This document shows positions 28,539 to 38,059 of a stretch of 64,000 bases of DNA, piece by piece. How positions within the stretch are numbered: position 1 is the stretch's first letter; each line of letters opens with the position of its first letter. The translations under genes and the position numbers were made by a program. Source of the stretch: an uncultured Acidobacteriaceae bacterium (GTDB lineage Bacteria > Acidobacteriota > Terriglobia > Terriglobales > Acidobacteriaceae); NCBI GenBank assembly GCA_964245045.1, contig CAXTLD010000007.1:1971-65970 (forward strand). The letters run 5' to 3'. The notes below the pieces were generated by a model that worked only from the letters and a program-made list of their open reading frames with translations, did not search any database and had not been told where the DNA came from.

Positions 28539-29705
28539 TCACAACACTGGATCCGTATTGGCCTCCAGCGTCGCAACCCTGCCCGCCTCACGGTCGTGAA
28601 CCCGACCACGGATCTGCAGAAACGGTCGTTCCACGCCCAGGTAGAGGCAACCGGCCACAAGCAGACACGCACCCAGATACACCGGAAGCATGGCGTAGCT
28701 CCTATCCGGCATCCCCGGAACAAGGTGCCGCAGTAGGTGTACCGTCTCCTTGTGCGTGAGATACAGGCTGAAGGCCAACGTGGCCAGCAGCCTGGCCCCC
28801 GGCACGTGCACCCGCGCCAGCCACCCGTTCCCGGAGACCGCCGACGCCGTCAACAGGGCGAAGCCACAACCCAGCAGCGGATACCCAATCACGTCGAACA
28901 CAGCGGCTCGGCCTGTCACGGACGTTGTTCGATCAACCGACAGCCAACCGGCGACGCCGACCAGCAGCACACCCCCGACCGCGAGGCTGTGGCCGCGCTT
29001 GCCCAGACTTGCCGCCCACGCAGGGCGAAACGTCTGCATCAGCGCCAGAGCCACACCGGCCAGCAGACCATCCAGCCGGACGTAGGTGGGGTAGTAGAGG
29101 TTCTCGAAGTATCGCGTGGAGAACATTTCGTCATCGGGCCCGAGTGGGCGCAAGGTGTGTACCAGCACATAGGCCCGCAGTCCCATCCCGGCCAGCAAAA
29201 CGAGGCTTAGCACGGCATACACCCTCCACGCTGCCGGCCGACGCATCAGCAACGCCGTGAGCAGCGGCAACGCCAAGTAAAAGTGCTTTTCCACGCACAA
29301 GGACCAGGCATGCGAAAACGCATGGTTCTGGCTGAAGTCGATTAACAGGTTTTCCGTGAACGTGAGGAACTGCCACGGGGGCTGTAAGCCGGGAGACTCA
29401 CGCCAGGCCGGCACCGAGACATAGAGCAGAAGCACTACGAGGTAAGCAGGCAGGATGCGGTACGCCCGCTTGCGGTAAAACGCCCAAACCTCGACCGCTC
29501 TTCCGTGCCGATACGGACGAAACAGCTGCAGCCCAATCAGGTACCCACTTAGAACGAAGAACAAATCCACGCCCATCCATCCGAAGTGCGTGGCCGGTTG
29601 CAACACCTCCGGGAAGTGGCTCCCCAGGTGAAACGGCATAACGGCAAGGATTGCCGCCGCTCGCAGCGTGTCCAGGCCATGCAGGCGACCAGGGGCGGGT
29701 TTCAC
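28539..29705 (-). CDS. Acyltransferase family 3 (OafA-like)
   Basis: GLDTLRAAA, GWMGVDLFFVLSGYLI, RAYRILPAY, HAWSLCVEKHFY, FSLYLTH. Confidence 0.9.
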   Translation of the reverse strand: MKPAPGRLHGLDTLRAAAILAVMPFHLGSHFPEVLQPATHFGWMGVDLFFVLSGYLIGLQLFRPYRHGRAVEVWAFYRKRAYRILPAYLVVLLLYVSVPAWRESPGLQPPWQFLTFTENLLIDFSQNHAFSHAWSLCVEKHFYLALPLLTALLMRRPAAWRVYAVLSLVLLAGMGLRAYVLVHTLRPLGPDDEMFSTRYFENLYYPTYVRLDGLLAGVALALMQTFRPAWAASLGKRGHSLAVGGVLLVGVAGWLSVDRTTSVTGRAAVFDVIGYPLLGCGFALLTASAVSGNGWLARVHVPGARLLATLAFSLYLTHKETVHLLRHLVPGMPDRSYAMLPVYLGACLLVAGCLYLGVERPFLQIRGRVHDREAGRVATLEANTDPVL

Positions 29706-30613
29706 CGACGCCTCGCCGTCGCGGCCTCGGCCTGCCTCCGGTACGCGGCGTCAAACGCCTGCTCCGCGCCGGTGGTCGCCTCTCGGTACCCCACCGGGTC
29801 GACCCAGACCTCGTCCCCTTCCTGGGGCATACGCTGCAACTTCCGGAGCATGCCGAAGGTACTTCCGTGGGAGGCCAGGAAGATGTCGCAAGGCAAGGAC
29901 CGGAGCAGCGCAAACGTATGCCGAAAGTCCTCGGCTATGCCCGGGTAGGACGGCCGCCTACGCCCCCTCTGCATCAGCCGGTACTCCGAAAGCACGCTCC
30001 AACTGCCCACGATGACCACGTTGCGTCGCTTGCCGGCGGGTTCGCCCGGCACGTGCACCTGCATTGTCCAGGTCGTGCATCCGCGTGTGTGCCCGGCGGT
30101 GCGATGCGCCGTGAGCGCCACCCCGCCCAACGTGACCGCTTCGCCGTCGTGCAGCACGTGGTCCACGTGCGCCGGAGGGAACTGCGGCCTCGGCCCAAAG
30201 GCGAAGTCGGTACGCCCGCCGCTCTCGGCCACGTCAGCATCGCCATCCATGACCTCATTCTTCGCGCCGGTCTCGCGCACGATCTCGGCAGCCCCACCGG
30301 CGTGGTCCACGTGATCATGGCTGACCAGAAGGACTTTCGTATCGCGCCATGGAAAGCCCAGTTGCTCCACGCTGCGGCGGATCTGCGGCGGCGAGCTGGT
30401 GTAGTTGGCGTTGATCAGGATGTTGCCGGCGGGCGTCGTCACCGGATACGCGGCCAGGTCCCGACTGCCGACGTAGTACAGTCCGTCGGCAATCTGGAAG
30501 GGCGGCAGCGCCGTCGTCCAGTCCGGATTGACCGCGGCCGAGACTTCCTGCCTGCCGCACAACAGGGCAAGCAGGATCAGTGCGACTCCGAAGCAACGAC
30601 AGCGTGGGACCAT
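29702..30613 (-). CDS. Subclass B3 metallo-beta-lactamase (exported)
   Basis: Signal peptide, PPFQIADGLYYVG, SHDHVDHAGG (HxHxDH), GHTRGCTTW, CDIFLASH. Start at ATG 30613 or 30649. Confidence 0.85.
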   Translation of the reverse strand: MVPRCRCFGVALILLALLCGRQEVSAAVNPDWTTALPPFQIADGLYYVGSRDLAAYPVTTPAGNILINANYTSSPPQIRRSVEQLGFPWRDTKVLLVSHDHVDHAGGAAEIVRETGAKNEVMDGDADVAESGGRTDFAFGPRPQFPPAHVDHVLHDGEAVTLGGVALTAHRTAGHTRGCTTWTMQVHVPGEPAGKRRNVVIVGSWSVLSEYRLMQRGRRRPSYPGIAEDFRHTFALLRSLPCDIFLASHGSTFGMLRKLQRMPQEGDEVWVDPVGYREATTGAEQAFDAAYRRQAEAATARRR

Positions 30614-30688
30614 ACTCTCTGGTAGCAGAAAGTCTGTTGTGCGAGACAAGGGGTACCGAATACGACAACGCCGTCGACGCCGAACCCG

Positions 30689-31009
30689 CTACACCAGGCG
30701 AAACCGTTCCCGCATCAAGCGCTGAAACCGAGGCTTCCAGATCAGGTCGTACGCCAGTTCTTTCCCAGGAAACATGGCGAGAGCGGCGTTGCGGGCATCG
30801 GCTACCATCGCCGCCGCATCGTCGTAGCTCAGCGTGTTGTCCTGTGCAATCACGCCCATGACCATGTTCATCATCATCTGCAAACGCCGGAGTAGCTTGG
30901 CCTCATCCTGTGCCGCGCGGGGGGTCTCGGGTGACGCGGGCGAGGCCGTGGGTTGACTCGGGGCGTCCTCAATCTCGGTAAATTCATTGCGTGTTTCGCT
31001 CACCTGCAC
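30689..31009 (-). CDS. Conserved-looking hypothetical helical protein
   Basis: Co-oriented between comEC and the MBL gene; ALAMFPGKELAYDLIWKPRFQRLMRERF looks like a conserved motif. Confidence 0.65.
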   Translation of the reverse strand: MQVSETRNEFTEIEDAPSQPTASPASPETPRAAQDEAKLLRRLQMMMNMVMGVIAQDNTLSYDDAAAMVADARNAALAMFPGKELAYDLIWKPRFQRLMRERFRLV

Positions 31010-31037
31010 CTCCTCGCCGCTGATCGGCTGCTGTCTC

Positions 31038-33770
31038 TCATTTATACGCCCGCTCCGCCTGTACGGTCCCGTCCGGATGCAGCAAAAAGGTCTCGGCCCC
31101 TAGCCGATCCGTGCGAAACGTGCGAACATGAGCCGCTTCGAGTCGCTCCAAGACCTCCCATCGCGGGTGCCCGAACGTATTGTGCTGGCCTACGCTGATC
31201 ACGGCCATCGCGGGCTTTACCGCTTCGAGAAACTCCGGGTTCGTGGACGTGCGACTGCCGTGGTGCCCCACCTTCAGCAGCGTGACGGGCCTGAGGTCCC
31301 CACGCGCTACCATGGCAGCCTCGCTCGGCGCCTCCGCGTCGCCTTCCAGCAGCACGCTGGCCCGCTGCCAGTCCAGGCGCATCACCAGGGAGTCGTCGTT
31401 GCGCGCTTCGCCGTAGTTGGCGTACCCGGGTTGCGGAGAAAGCACGGTCGCCCGCATGCCGCCCCAGTCCACCACGTCCCCTGCGGCCAGCCAGCGAACC
31501 TGGATGTTCAGCTCTTCCGCCTGCGCCAGCAACTCCCGCAGTGCCGTGGAATGCCCAGGCTCCAGGCTCAACCACAGCTCCCGTGGCCGCAGGTCGCGCA
31601 ACACCGCCGGCATGCCTCCAATGTGGTCGCTGTGGCCGTGGCTGATCACCACCGCGTCCAGGCGCCGCACCTGCCTGGACCACAGGTAGGGCGCAACCAC
31701 CTCCTCGCCCACGTCCCACTTGGCCGCGACCCTCCCAACCGGGCCGCCCGCGTCCACCAGCATCGTCCGGCCTTCGGGGGAGACCACCAGCAGGGAGTCG
31801 CCTTGCCCCACGTCGATGGCCGTAACCTCCAACGTCCCAGCATGAATCAATGGCGAGGCCGGCCAAAGCACAACGACCGGCAACAACAGTGCTGCCACAA
31901 GGCCGCCCCAGGCCAGCGCCGGCCGCCGTGCCCGCAACGCCCATACGGCAAAGGCGGCCAGAACACCGCAGACCACCATGGCCGCCCAGGGCGGCGCGGG
32001 AACCCGCAGGTCGCCTAATTCCGCTCTTCCGAGCCTATCCACCACTGCCCGCACCAGGTGCAGCAGACCAGCGGTCACCCCGGAAGGGAGCGCTGCCGCC
32101 CAGGGGCTCACCAGCCCCAGCGCAAACGTCACAGCCGCCGACCCGGCCAGCAACACCGCAAGCGGAGCCACAAACAGGTTGCCGGGCATCGCCAACGGCA
32201 CCATGCGATGGAAGTACACGGCCATGGGCAGCACCATGCACAGCTCAATGGCCGCGGAGAGAAGTACGGCTTCGGCCACCGTGAGGCTCAAACGAACGGC
32301 TGCCCCCGGCAGCGCTCCCGCCCAGCGCCAGCCGGTGAGGTCCCGGCAAAGACCGCCGGCCATGCGCAGCCGGACGCGCCTTGCGCCCACCACGGGCGGC
32401 AGAAAGGCGTCCATCTCCACTGTGTCCAGCCCATGAACCGCCAGCCGCCACTGTCCCAGAACGCGCTCGCCGAGCGGGACGGCCATGCCCGCCACCGCGA
32501 TGATGACCAGCGCCGTCATCTGGAAGCTGGCCTCGTACAACGCGCGCGGGTCGGCCACCAGGATCAGCAGCGCCGCCGTGCCCAAGGCATTCAGCCCCGA
32601 TCGTTGCCGGTCCAGCGCCCGCGCGATGAGGTAGAGGGAACTCATCGCCAGCGCCCGCTCGGCCGGCACCCCGAATCCTGACAGCAGCGCATACCCCAGG
32701 CCAAGCGCAATGGTCATCCCAACCGCAGGGAACTCGGGCACACGGCATCGCCGCAGCAACCAGAAGACGGCCCCGGTCAGCAGGGCCACATGCAGCCCGG
32801 AGACCACAAACAGGTGAAAGGTTCCGGTTCGTTCAAAGCCCGCGCGCAGCTCGGCATTCAGCGCGGTCCGGTCCCCAAACAGCATCGCCGCGAGCATGCC
32901 CGCGTCCTCCGCCGTAAGCCGCAACGGCCTCGGGAAATCTCTAATCGGGACCATACGCGGCAGGCTTTCCAGTCGGGAGGCCGCCCAGTGCTGCCACTGA
33001 CTGAGCCGACATCGCAGACCCGAACGCTCCTGCCGCAGCAGCCGCACTTTGTTCACCTGCGCCGTTCCCAGCGCGCCAACCCCCTGCCCCAGCAGCCAAT
33101 CCGCATAGGAGAACGCCCCTGGATCGCGGTACACCTCCGGCTCGCGCAGGCGCACCGGCGCCTCCACCACGTCGCCACAGCCGAGCGGCACCACGCCGCC
33201 GAACACCGTCAACCGCAGTCCACCCTGGACAGGCCTCATCGTGGAAACGTCCGGGGTTACATCCTCCACCGCGTCTAAGGCAAGATCCACGCCCTGGATC
33301 ATCGTGCCGTCGTCGGCCTCCGCGCCGCCCGGCTCCACTTGCCAGGACGCGACCTCCGCGAAGGGCCTTCCATTCACCGGCTTGGCGTCCCGTAAGGAAC
33401 GCACCGTGACCACACGGCCGCGAACCGTCCGGCTCAAGCCGTCGGCGTAGCTATGCACAGCCTGTTGCCGGTCCAGCGGGGCCTGCATCTGCGCGCACCA
33501 ACAGCCCACACTGGCCCACAACCCCAGCACAGCTATCCAACCCGCACGCGGCGCCCAGCGCAGCGCCGCCCAGGCAATCGCCAGCAGAACCACCACGCTC
33601 AGCGCGAGAGACGCCGGCGGATGCCACTGCCGCGCGCACAGCACACCCCCGACAAACGCCAGCGCCGCCGAAAGCATGGGTATCCCCCGGGCCCGCAAAG
33701 GCTCTACGGGCGAGCGCCCGTTCATCCAGAAGGTGGAGGCACCAACGTTCGACATACGACGCGTACGCAC
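31038..33770 (-). CDS. comEC: DNA internalisation competence protein ComEC/Rec2
   Basis: OB-like domain, TGTFHLFVVSGLHV, SFQMT, IDVGQGDS, SHGHSDHIGG, KVGHHGS. Exact start uncertain. Confidence 0.92.
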   Translation of the reverse strand: MRTRRMSNVGASTFWMNGRSPVEPLRARGIPMLSAALAFVGGVLCARQWHPPASLALSVVVLLAIAWAALRWAPRAGWIAVLGLWASVGCWCAQMQAPLDRQQAVHSYADGLSRTVRGRVVTVRSLRDAKPVNGRPFAEVASWQVEPGGAEADDGTMIQGVDLALDAVEDVTPDVSTMRPVQGGLRLTVFGGVVPLGCGDVVEAPVRLREPEVYRDPGAFSYADWLLGQGVGALGTAQVNKVRLLRQERSGLRCRLSQWQHWAASRLESLPRMVPIRDFPRPLRLTAEDAGMLAAMLFGDRTALNAELRAGFERTGTFHLFVVSGLHVALLTGAVFWLLRRCRVPEFPAVGMTIALGLGYALLSGFGVPAERALAMSSLYLIARALDRQRSGLNALGTAALLILVADPRALYEASFQMTALVIIAVAGMAVPLGERVLGQWRLAVHGLDTVEMDAFLPPVVGARRVRLRMAGGLCRDLTGWRWAGALPGAAVRLSLTVAEAVLLSAAIELCMVLPMAVYFHRMVPLAMPGNLFVAPLAVLLAGSAAVTFALGLVSPWAAALPSGVTAGLLHLVRAVVDRLGRAELGDLRVPAPPWAAMVVCGVLAAFAVWALRARRPALAWGGLVAALLLPVVVLWPASPLIHAGTLEVTAIDVGQGDSLLVVSPEGRTMLVDAGGPVGRVAAKWDVGEEVVAPYLWSRQVRRLDAVVISHGHSDHIGGMPAVLRDLRPRELWLSLEPGHSTALRELLAQAEELNIQVRWLAAGDVVDWGGMRATVLSPQPGYANYGEARNDDSLVMRLDWQRASVLLEGDAEAPSEAAMVARGDLRPVTLLKVGHHGSRTSTNPEFLEAVKPAMAVISVGQHNTFGHPRWEVLERLEAAHVRTFRTDRLGAETFLLHPDGTVQAERAYK

Positions 33771-33800
33771 CCCGCGAACGGGAGGCGATCTCAGCTGCCG

Positions 33801-35126
33801 TTAGCCTTCCACATCCGCGCGGTGCAGCACCATCACCGTTTCGAGGTGGTAAGTCTGTGGAAAAAGGTCCAACATGTACAGGTCTGCGACACGGTACTTG
33901 GCCGCTAACACTTTTAGGTCACGTGCCAGCGTCGTCGGATCGCACGACACGTAGACGATCTGCGCGGGCGCGACCCGGAGCAGAAGCTCACAAGCCTCCA
34001 CGCCCGCCCCTGCCCGCGGTGGGTCCAGCACGACCAATGCCGGCCGGTCGCGTTGTGTGACGGCTTTGCGCAGAAAACTCAGCGTCGTCTCCCCTACCAC
34101 CGTGTCCGCGGGACGGCGTAGGCCACGCCGCAGCTCCTCCAGCGCTACTGGACTGGGCTCGACGGCTGTGACCGCCGCAAAGTGCTGGGCCAGCGCGCGG
34201 GCAAACAGCCCGACGCCGGCGTACAAATCCCACGCCAGGGCGCCGGTCCGGTCTGCGCAAACGATCTCGACCAGCTGCGGCAAGAGGAACCGGTTCACCT
34301 GAAAGAAGCTGCCCGGCCGCAGCCAAAACGTCTGCTCGCCAACCCGATACGCGAAGCCGTCCGCGCCCCACGAGGCCAGCCGCTCGGACGCGCGTCCCGA
34401 GGCAGCGTGCAGCCGCGATGCCCCTACCGATCGGACCTCCGCGCCGGCGCGTTGCAGCCCCTGCCCAAAGGCCTCAAGGCTGCCCTTGCGCGTGGGCACG
34501 GGGCGCGCGCACAGCAGGTGCACCTGAACCGCGCTGCCGTCCGCGTCGCAGGCGATCTCGACCTCGGCGGCGGCTCGCATCCACTCTGCCGCGTCCCGGT
34601 TGCTTTCCGTCGCCTGCATCAAGGCTTCCGCCGTTCCCCACAACGCAGAAGCCGCGATCGGACACATCCTCACCGGCAAGAACTCATGGGTGCCGCGAAC
34701 ACTGTAGCCCAGCCGTATCGCGCGTTCGACCTCCCGCACACGAAGACGAATCCGGTTACGGTAGCCCCACGGGTCCGGCGAGGGCACCATACGCACCTCA
34801 GGAAGCGCCGGGCACTCGGCGCGGTCGAGCGTCTCGCGCAGGATCGCCGCTTTCATCATGAGCTGCACCGGGTAGTCTGCCATCTGGTACTGGCAGCCGC
34901 CACACGTCCCGAAGTGCACACAGCGCGGCTCCACCCGCGCCGGCGAAGCCTCCACAATCCGCAGATTCCCAGCGTCGTCGGCGGCTGGCTGTACGAGCTC
35001 GCCGGGCAACGCAAACGGCACAAATACGACTTCACCCGCCGGCGTGCGTGCCAGTCCGTCGCCGCCGTAGACGGCTTTCTCGATCCGCAGCGGACCCCCC
35101 TCTGCGCGAACGCCTCCATCGTTCAC
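33801..35126 (-). CDS. rlmD: 23S rRNA m5U methyltransferase (RlmD/TrmA family)
   Basis: CVHFGTCGGCQYQ 4Fe-4S motif, SFFQVN, DLYAGVG, LDPPRAG, YVSCDP, HLET. Confidence 0.9.
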   Translation of the reverse strand: MNDGGVRAEGGPLRIEKAVYGGDGLARTPAGEVVFVPFALPGELVQPAADDAGNLRIVEASPARVEPRCVHFGTCGGCQYQMADYPVQLMMKAAILRETLDRAECPALPEVRMVPSPDPWGYRNRIRLRVREVERAIRLGYSVRGTHEFLPVRMCPIAASALWGTAEALMQATESNRDAAEWMRAAAEVEIACDADGSAVQVHLLCARPVPTRKGSLEAFGQGLQRAGAEVRSVGASRLHAASGRASERLASWGADGFAYRVGEQTFWLRPGSFFQVNRFLLPQLVEIVCADRTGALAWDLYAGVGLFARALAQHFAAVTAVEPSPVALEELRRGLRRPADTVVGETTLSFLRKAVTQRDRPALVVLDPPRAGAGVEACELLLRVAPAQIVYVSCDPTTLARDLKVLAAKYRVADLYMLDLFPQTYHLETVMVLHRADVEG

Positions 35127-35857
35127 GCGGCACCGCCGTCGTCGCCACCGTCATCCAGCGGCATGTAGAACAGGCTTAAGCGGGGCAAGCGCCGCGCCTC
35201 AAACAGGCGCTTGTGCAGAAACTGCTCCCGCACCTGACGCGTCTGCACGGCCCCCAGCCGCGCCCGGTAGGGGGCGAGCTCGCGCTCCGCCACTTCGCGC
35301 GCGGCCAGCAGCTCCGCTTCCGGGATGCCGGCCAGCAGGGCCGCGTGCAGCCGCTCCTCCAACACCGTCAGCGTACGATCCAGGTCGTCCAGCGCACCGT
35401 GCGTCCCCGCGCGCACTTCTGCCGCCAGCGCCCGAAGCCGCGCCCCGGTTTGCGCCAGCGCGTCGTTTGGAACGCCATCCCCAACCGACTCCAGGGCCGC
35501 CGCGTTGCTGTCCAGAAACTGTGCCACCCGTTCCGTCTCAAATCCGGTTTCGCGGGCGGGCACCGGATCGCGTCGCCCGCCCAGCGACGCTTCGGCCATC
35601 TCCGCCGCGGCCTCCATCACCGCCTGCGCGCACCAGGCCAGCCCGTTTACCTTGGCCAGCCGACCGTTGGCCCGCGCTCGGCGTGCGTCGTACTTGTCAA
35701 ACGCTGCATCGATGCCCCGCAGCACCGCCGCGAGCGGAACGCCCGCCTCGCGCCACGTCTCAATCAGCGCCCAGTCCAGTGTCGACAACAGAAGCAGGGA
35801 CCCACGCCGCGCCGTAAACCGCTCCTCGACCTCGCTGAAGTACTCGAAGTAGTTCAA
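35123..35857 (-). CDS. Hypothetical protein with DnaD/DnaB_C-like N-terminal domain
   Basis: TTG start overlaps the coaX stop; LSTLDWALIETWREAGVPLAAVLRGIDAAF. Confidence 0.6.
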   Translation of the reverse strand: MNYFEYFSEVEERFTARRGSLLLLSTLDWALIETWREAGVPLAAVLRGIDAAFDKYDARRARANGRLAKVNGLAWCAQAVMEAAAEMAEASLGGRRDPVPARETGFETERVAQFLDSNAAALESVGDGVPNDALAQTGARLRALAAEVRAGTHGALDDLDRTLTVLEERLHAALLAGIPEAELLAAREVAERELAPYRARLGAVQTRQVREQFLHKRLFEARRLPRLSLFYMPLDDGGDDGGAA

Positions 35858-36657
35858 ACCCGCCTTCGTGCCCGCTCCCCATTGCGTTCCCAAATCAGCC
35901 GAAGCCCATGCAGGGTCAGCATCGGCTCCACGCGCTGTACGAATCGGCAATCTGCGGCGATCAGCGTGGCCAAGCCGCCCGTGGCGACGGTCTTGGTTTC
36001 CGGTCCCAACTCGGCAATCATCCGCTCCAGGATGCCGTCCACCAACCCGATGTAGCCGTAGTACAACCCGATCTGAATGTTGTCCGTGGTGTTGGTGCCG
36101 ATGATCTTGGGTGGCTTCTTGACCTCCACGCGCGTCAGCCGCGCGGCGCGTGCAAACAGCGCCTCGGCGGAGATCCCAAGTCCTGGCGCAATCGCCCCGC
36201 CGAGAAACTCGCCCTTGCGCGAGACCACGTCAAAGGTGGTCGCTGTGCCCAGATCCACCACAATCGTCGGTCCGCCCAGCAGGTCGAATGCAGCGGCGCA
36301 GTTCACAATGCGGTCGGCGCCTGCTTCGTTGGGGTTGTCCGTCAGCACCGGCACACCGGTCTTCACGCCGGGCTCAATAAACAGCGGCCGGGTCCGGAAC
36401 ATGGTCTCGCACAGGCGACGCAGCGTGGGGTCAAGCGGCGGCACCACCGACGAAATTGCCACCCCGGTCACGGCGCCGGGGTCAAGCCCGCGCATGGAAA
36501 ACAAGGTGCCCAGCAGCGCGGCGATCTCGTCTTGCGTCTGCCGCGAGGGCGTAGTGATGCGCCAGTCCGCAATTATTTTGGCGGGCTCGGGCGCATCCGG
36601 GCCGGCAAACAACCCAATCACTGTATTCGAGTTGCCGACATCCAGTGTTAGCAGCAT
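35854..36657 (-). CDS. coaX: Type III pantothenate kinase
   Basis: LDVGNSNT, SSVVP, GADRIVN, VDLGTATTFD, GGAIAPG, VATGG. Confidence 0.95.
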   Translation of the reverse strand: MLLTLDVGNSNTVIGLFAGPDAPEPAKIIADWRITTPSRQTQDEIAALLGTLFSMRGLDPGAVTGVAISSVVPPLDPTLRRLCETMFRTRPLFIEPGVKTGVPVLTDNPNEAGADRIVNCAAAFDLLGGPTIVVDLGTATTFDVVSRKGEFLGGAIAPGLGISAEALFARAARLTRVEVKKPPKIIGTNTTDNIQIGLYYGYIGLVDGILERMIAELGPETKTVATGGLATLIAADCRFVQRVEPMLTLHGLRLIWERNGERARRRV

Positions 36658-36686
36658 GCCACCCTGTTCGCTCCCGTCGTCTTCAG

Positions 36687-37556
36687 CTAGCGCTCGCGCA
36701 CCCCGCCCGACCGCACCGTTCGCCGGACACCATCGTCGCCGTCCACCAGCAGAAACCCGTGCGCATCTAGCCCGGCTGTCACGCCAGTATAGCCGCCCTG
36801 CTCGGGTACCTCGACCCGCTTGCCGCAGAGCCAGGTAGAGGCCTCCCCGAGCTGCGAAAGGACGTGGGGGCCGACCGCCGTTCCCGCATAGCCGTCCTCC
36901 TCCATACGGACGTACCGGTCGAGCTTGTCGAGCAGCGCAATGAGCAACGGCTGTCTGTCCGGCAGCTGCCAGCCCTCCAGAAATAACGAAGTCGCCAGGG
37001 TGGACAGCTCGGGCGGGAAGGCGCGATGCGCCACGTTGATCCCGATGCCGATAACCGCGTAGCGCAACATCGCCCGGCCACGCGTGGGCGCAAGCGGCGA
37101 CACCGCTGTTTCCACCAGCATGCCGCCCAGCTTGCGGCTCGGTCCCGGGCCTGCAGGCCGGGTGACGAGATCGTTGGGCCAGCGGATATCCACCGTGATC
37201 CCCGTGACCTCGCGAATGGCCTCCCACGCAGCCAGGCCCGTCGTGAGGGAAAGGCTTGCGCCGATGGCGTCGGTGGCCGGCAGCCGGGGCGTAAACAGCA
37301 CGCTCACGTAGAGGCCATTTCCCGGCGCGGAGTGCCAGGTGTGACCGCCGCGCCCACGACCCGCGGTCTGAGCATCGGCCACCCACACGCCGCTCTGCAC
37401 CCCATGCTGCGCGGCCGTCAAGGCCAGGTCGTTGGTGGACGGCACCTCCGCGAGGTGCAAAATTGACCCGCCCAGCCCCGTGTGCCGCAGTGCCGCGTTG
37501 ACCTCGGCCGCGTCGATGCTGTTGCCCTGGCGAGGAGTGGCCGACATCCTCGTCAT
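36687..37556 (-). CDS. birA: Biotin--[acetyl-CoA carboxylase] ligase (no HTH domain)
   Basis: STND, QTAGRGRGGHTW, RWPNDL, KLGG.L.E, GIGINV, GLDAHGFLLV. Confidence 0.92.
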   Translation of the reverse strand: MTRMSATPRQGNSIDAAEVNAALRHTGLGGSILHLAEVPSTNDLALTAAQHGVQSGVWVADAQTAGRGRGGHTWHSAPGNGLYVSVLFTPRLPATDAIGASLSLTTGLAAWEAIREVTGITVDIRWPNDLVTRPAGPGPSRKLGGMLVETAVSPLAPTRGRAMLRYAVIGIGINVAHRAFPPELSTLATSLFLEGWQLPDRQPLLIALLDKLDRYVRMEEDGYAGTAVGPHVLSQLGEASTWLCGKRVEVPEQGGYTGVTAGLDAHGFLLVDGDDGVRRTVRSGGVRER

Positions 37557-37603
37557 GCTACCGCGTCCGTTGGGCGCTCGCACGCATCCAACACCCACCG
37601 CCG

Positions 37604-38041
37604 TTGCGGCACGCACGTATGCCTCTAGAGCTCGCCAGCCCACTTTCCCACCAGACCGCGCTTCTGCTGCTGCTCGCGCTGCCGGTCGCCTGTGCCGCGT
37701 GGACCGTCACGCACGAAGAGGTCTTTCGCGAGCCGAGGGACTTTTGCAAGGAACAGAGCCAAGCCGGCACAGCCCTGCTCAAGCGCAAGTTCTTTTATCT
37801 CTTCACCTGCGAGTACTGTTTCTCTCACTACGTTGCGGCGCTGGCTTTGCTGCTGTTTCAGTTCCGCCTGCTCTATGACGGTTGGCGGGGCTACGTCATC
37901 TCCTGGCTCGCCCTGGTGTGGGTCGCCAATCTGTACATGAACCTCTACAACCGCCTCCGTCTCGACATCAAGCACGAGAACGTCGCCATCGCGGTCGAGC
38001 AGGTGGCGTTGCCGGCGACTTCGCCGCTCTCGGCGAAGTAA
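37604..38041 (+). CDS. Small membrane protein with CxxC motif (DUF1360-like)
   Basis: TM-HEEVFREPRDFC...FYLFTCEYCFSHYV-TM-TM. Start uncertain. Confidence 0.65.
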   Translation: MRHARMPLELASPLSHQTALLLLLALPVACAAWTVTHEEVFREPRDFCKEQSQAGTALLKRKFFYLFTCEYCFSHYVAALALLLFQFRLLYDGWRGYVISWLALVWVANLYMNLYNRLRLDIKHENVAIAVEQVALPATSPLSAK

Positions 38042-38059
38042 CGCTGTGCAGCGGCCACT

